DNA from: an uncultured Candidatus Rokubacteria bacterium
Lineage (GTDB): Bacteria > Methylomirabilota > Methylomirabilia > Rokubacteriales > DASRDR01
Direction of reading: 5' to 3'
Assembly: GCA_963826115.1 (NCBI GenBank)
Contig: CAWGVS010000010.1
Span: 512,001 to 576,000, forward strand
Length of the DNA stretch: 64,000 nt
The notes under the pieces were generated by a model. That model did no database searches. It had not been told where the DNA came from and saw only the letters and a list, made by a program, of their open reading frames with translations. Numbering within the stretch: the first letter of the stretch is position 1; every line of letters begins with the position of its first letter. The position numbers and the translations under genes are program-made. Positions 62,801-64,000 of the stretch are shown here, one piece after another.

Positions 62801-63079
62801 ATGACGCCCGCCATGGAGGGGACGTGGGTGCTCGTCGGGCTGCTGGTGGGCCTGGTGGCGGGGCTCGTCACGAAAGCGGGAGGCTACGGGCGGAGGTGGG
62901 ACGTTCTCCTCGCGCTCGCCGGGAGCGTCGCGGGGAGCGGGATCGCTTGACTACCGGGGATCGCTCTCGACGCGGAGATGGTCGCGGTGGTGATCGTCGC
63001 GTTCGCCGGCGCAGCGATCCTGATCGTCGCCCAGCGGAGGATCTGGCCGCTCATTGCAGTGCCGCGAGGGCACGCCTGA
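62801..63079 (+). pseudogene. GlsB/YeaQ/YmgE-like small membrane protein with internal TGA
   Basis: GGAGGAG RBS; WVLVGLLVGLVAG...GGYG..WD.LL.LAGSV; TGA at 62948, hydrophobic frame continues to 63079. Confidence 0.65.
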
Positions 63080-63185
63080 CCGGATCCGATCACGATGGGA
63101 CTGGCCACCGCGAGCTCGTGGCCGCTCCGATGTGGACCCGCCCCGAGATGGGCGCCTGAAGCCGGTACGGAGGGAGATCGAATCG

Positions 63186-63503
63186 ATGGACGCACGTGGT
63201 GCCGCGGTCATGGTCGCGCCAGCGCGCCGCGCCGAGCAGGTGCCGGAGATCCCGCAGATTGAGTGCCGCTGGCCCACGATGACGATCAGAGAGCTGACGA
63301 TGGCCGCGGCCGACACCGCCCTCGCCGCCGACCCCCTCTTCCATCTCGGCCCGGGAGGCCACGTGGGCCGGGTCGCGGTGCGCTACTGGCACTTTCGTCC
63401 TGAGCTGAAGTACCTGACCTGTCAGGCATGCGCCGAAGGCGACGGCCGGTCCGTCGTTGAGCTCGAGGAAGTGGCCTGCCAACACCGGATCCCCACGCGC
63501 TGA
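63186..63503 (+). CDS. Hypothetical protein with CxxC
   Basis: GGAGGGAG RBS; LTCQAC; no recognised family. Confidence 0.45.
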   Translation: MDARGAAVMVAPARRAEQVPEIPQIECRWPTMTIRELTMAAADTALAADPLFHLGPGGHVGRVAVRYWHFRPELKYLTCQACAEGDGRSVVELEEVACQHRIPTR

Positions 63504-63550
63504 TGCCCGTGCGCGTCAGTCAGCTCCGTGGTGGTGCGATTGGCGGCCGG

Positions 63551-63850
63551 ATGGAGTCCAAACCGGCGATGAGCTGGACGGATCCGCCCCCCAAGCCGAC
63601 GCTGTGGATGAACGGGACCAGGGATGCGCGCTGGGCACAAGGCCTTCTCGAGAAGTACGGGATCGACTTCGAGGAGCGTCAGAGTTCCGATCCGTTCGTG
63701 TCCCTGTACTGGAACGGGACGACCTATACCGATTTTTCCGGGATCGCGGACTTTCTGATGTTCGCGGCGAGGCTGTCGCTGCCGGGGATGAGAACGCGAG
63801 ACCGCACCGAGGACGGCGAGCTCCCTGGTTCGCGGATACCCCTCTCGTGA
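63551..63850 (+). CDS. Hypothetical protein, possible Cys-less glutaredoxin-like fold
   Basis: AQGLLEKYGIDFEE...P..SLYWNGTTY..FSGIADFL pattern; start uncertain. Confidence 0.45.
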   Translation: MESKPAMSWTDPPPKPTLWMNGTRDARWAQGLLEKYGIDFEERQSSDPFVSLYWNGTTYTDFSGIADFLMFAARLSLPGMRTRDRTEDGELPGSRIPLS

Positions 63851-64000
63851 TCTGTCGCCAAGCGTCCCTGGGCGTGGGGAGGGGCGCGCGGTCTCTGCTG
63901 GGACAGACCGGTCGAGCGCCGCGGCACGATGAAAGTCGGCGCGGGCCAGGGGGGGACGTGAAGCTCCGGCGCTGTCGTGAGCGGCTCTTCCAGAGCCAGC

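Noticed and set aside
62948-62950. In-frame TGA in the GlsB/YeaQ-like gene as a second selenocysteine
   Set aside because: No redox or Cys context and no convincing downstream hairpin; a nonsense mutation is simpler.

Overview
Very GC-rich bacterial chromosomal window of metabolic and regulatory genes. The sigma54-activator/STAND/TPR fusions and the ABC_sub_bind remnant suggest a Rokubacteria/Methylomirabilota-like organism; this is inference only. Left to right: malic enzyme 3' end; CBS protein; SARP/BTAD-TPR regulator with divergent methyltransferase and cupin; LLM-CMD-AhpD trio; two large sigma54 enhancer-binding protein-STAND NTPase-TPR fusions (the first faces a correctly spaced -24/-12 promoter with 3x11-bp tandem repeats, upstream of a secreted His-rich protein); an HTH/DUF899/DUF2182/beta-propeller module; fur-katG; SGNH hydrolase plus methyltransferase; Mo-oxidoreductase; DmpA; a ThDP enzyme-2xMDR-TRAP-aroQ-TetR-citDE-citF cluster; arylsulfatase; LLM; single-chain double ABC transporter; KpsS-like protein; split gallate/PCA dioxygenase-ligK-decarboxylase-like-ligJ operon; an alkyl sulfatase bracketed by IS630 ends; a cpo / DedA-rhodanese / cNMP-TrxR-like operon; and small or decayed genes. 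Top hidden signal: the DedA-rhodanese gene continues through an in-frame TGA (Y-C-A-U-P-N-E) followed by a SECIS-like hairpin, so it is probably a membrane selenoprotein. No rRNA, tRNA or CRISPR array was seen. All family assignments come from motif recognition by eye; no searches were run.
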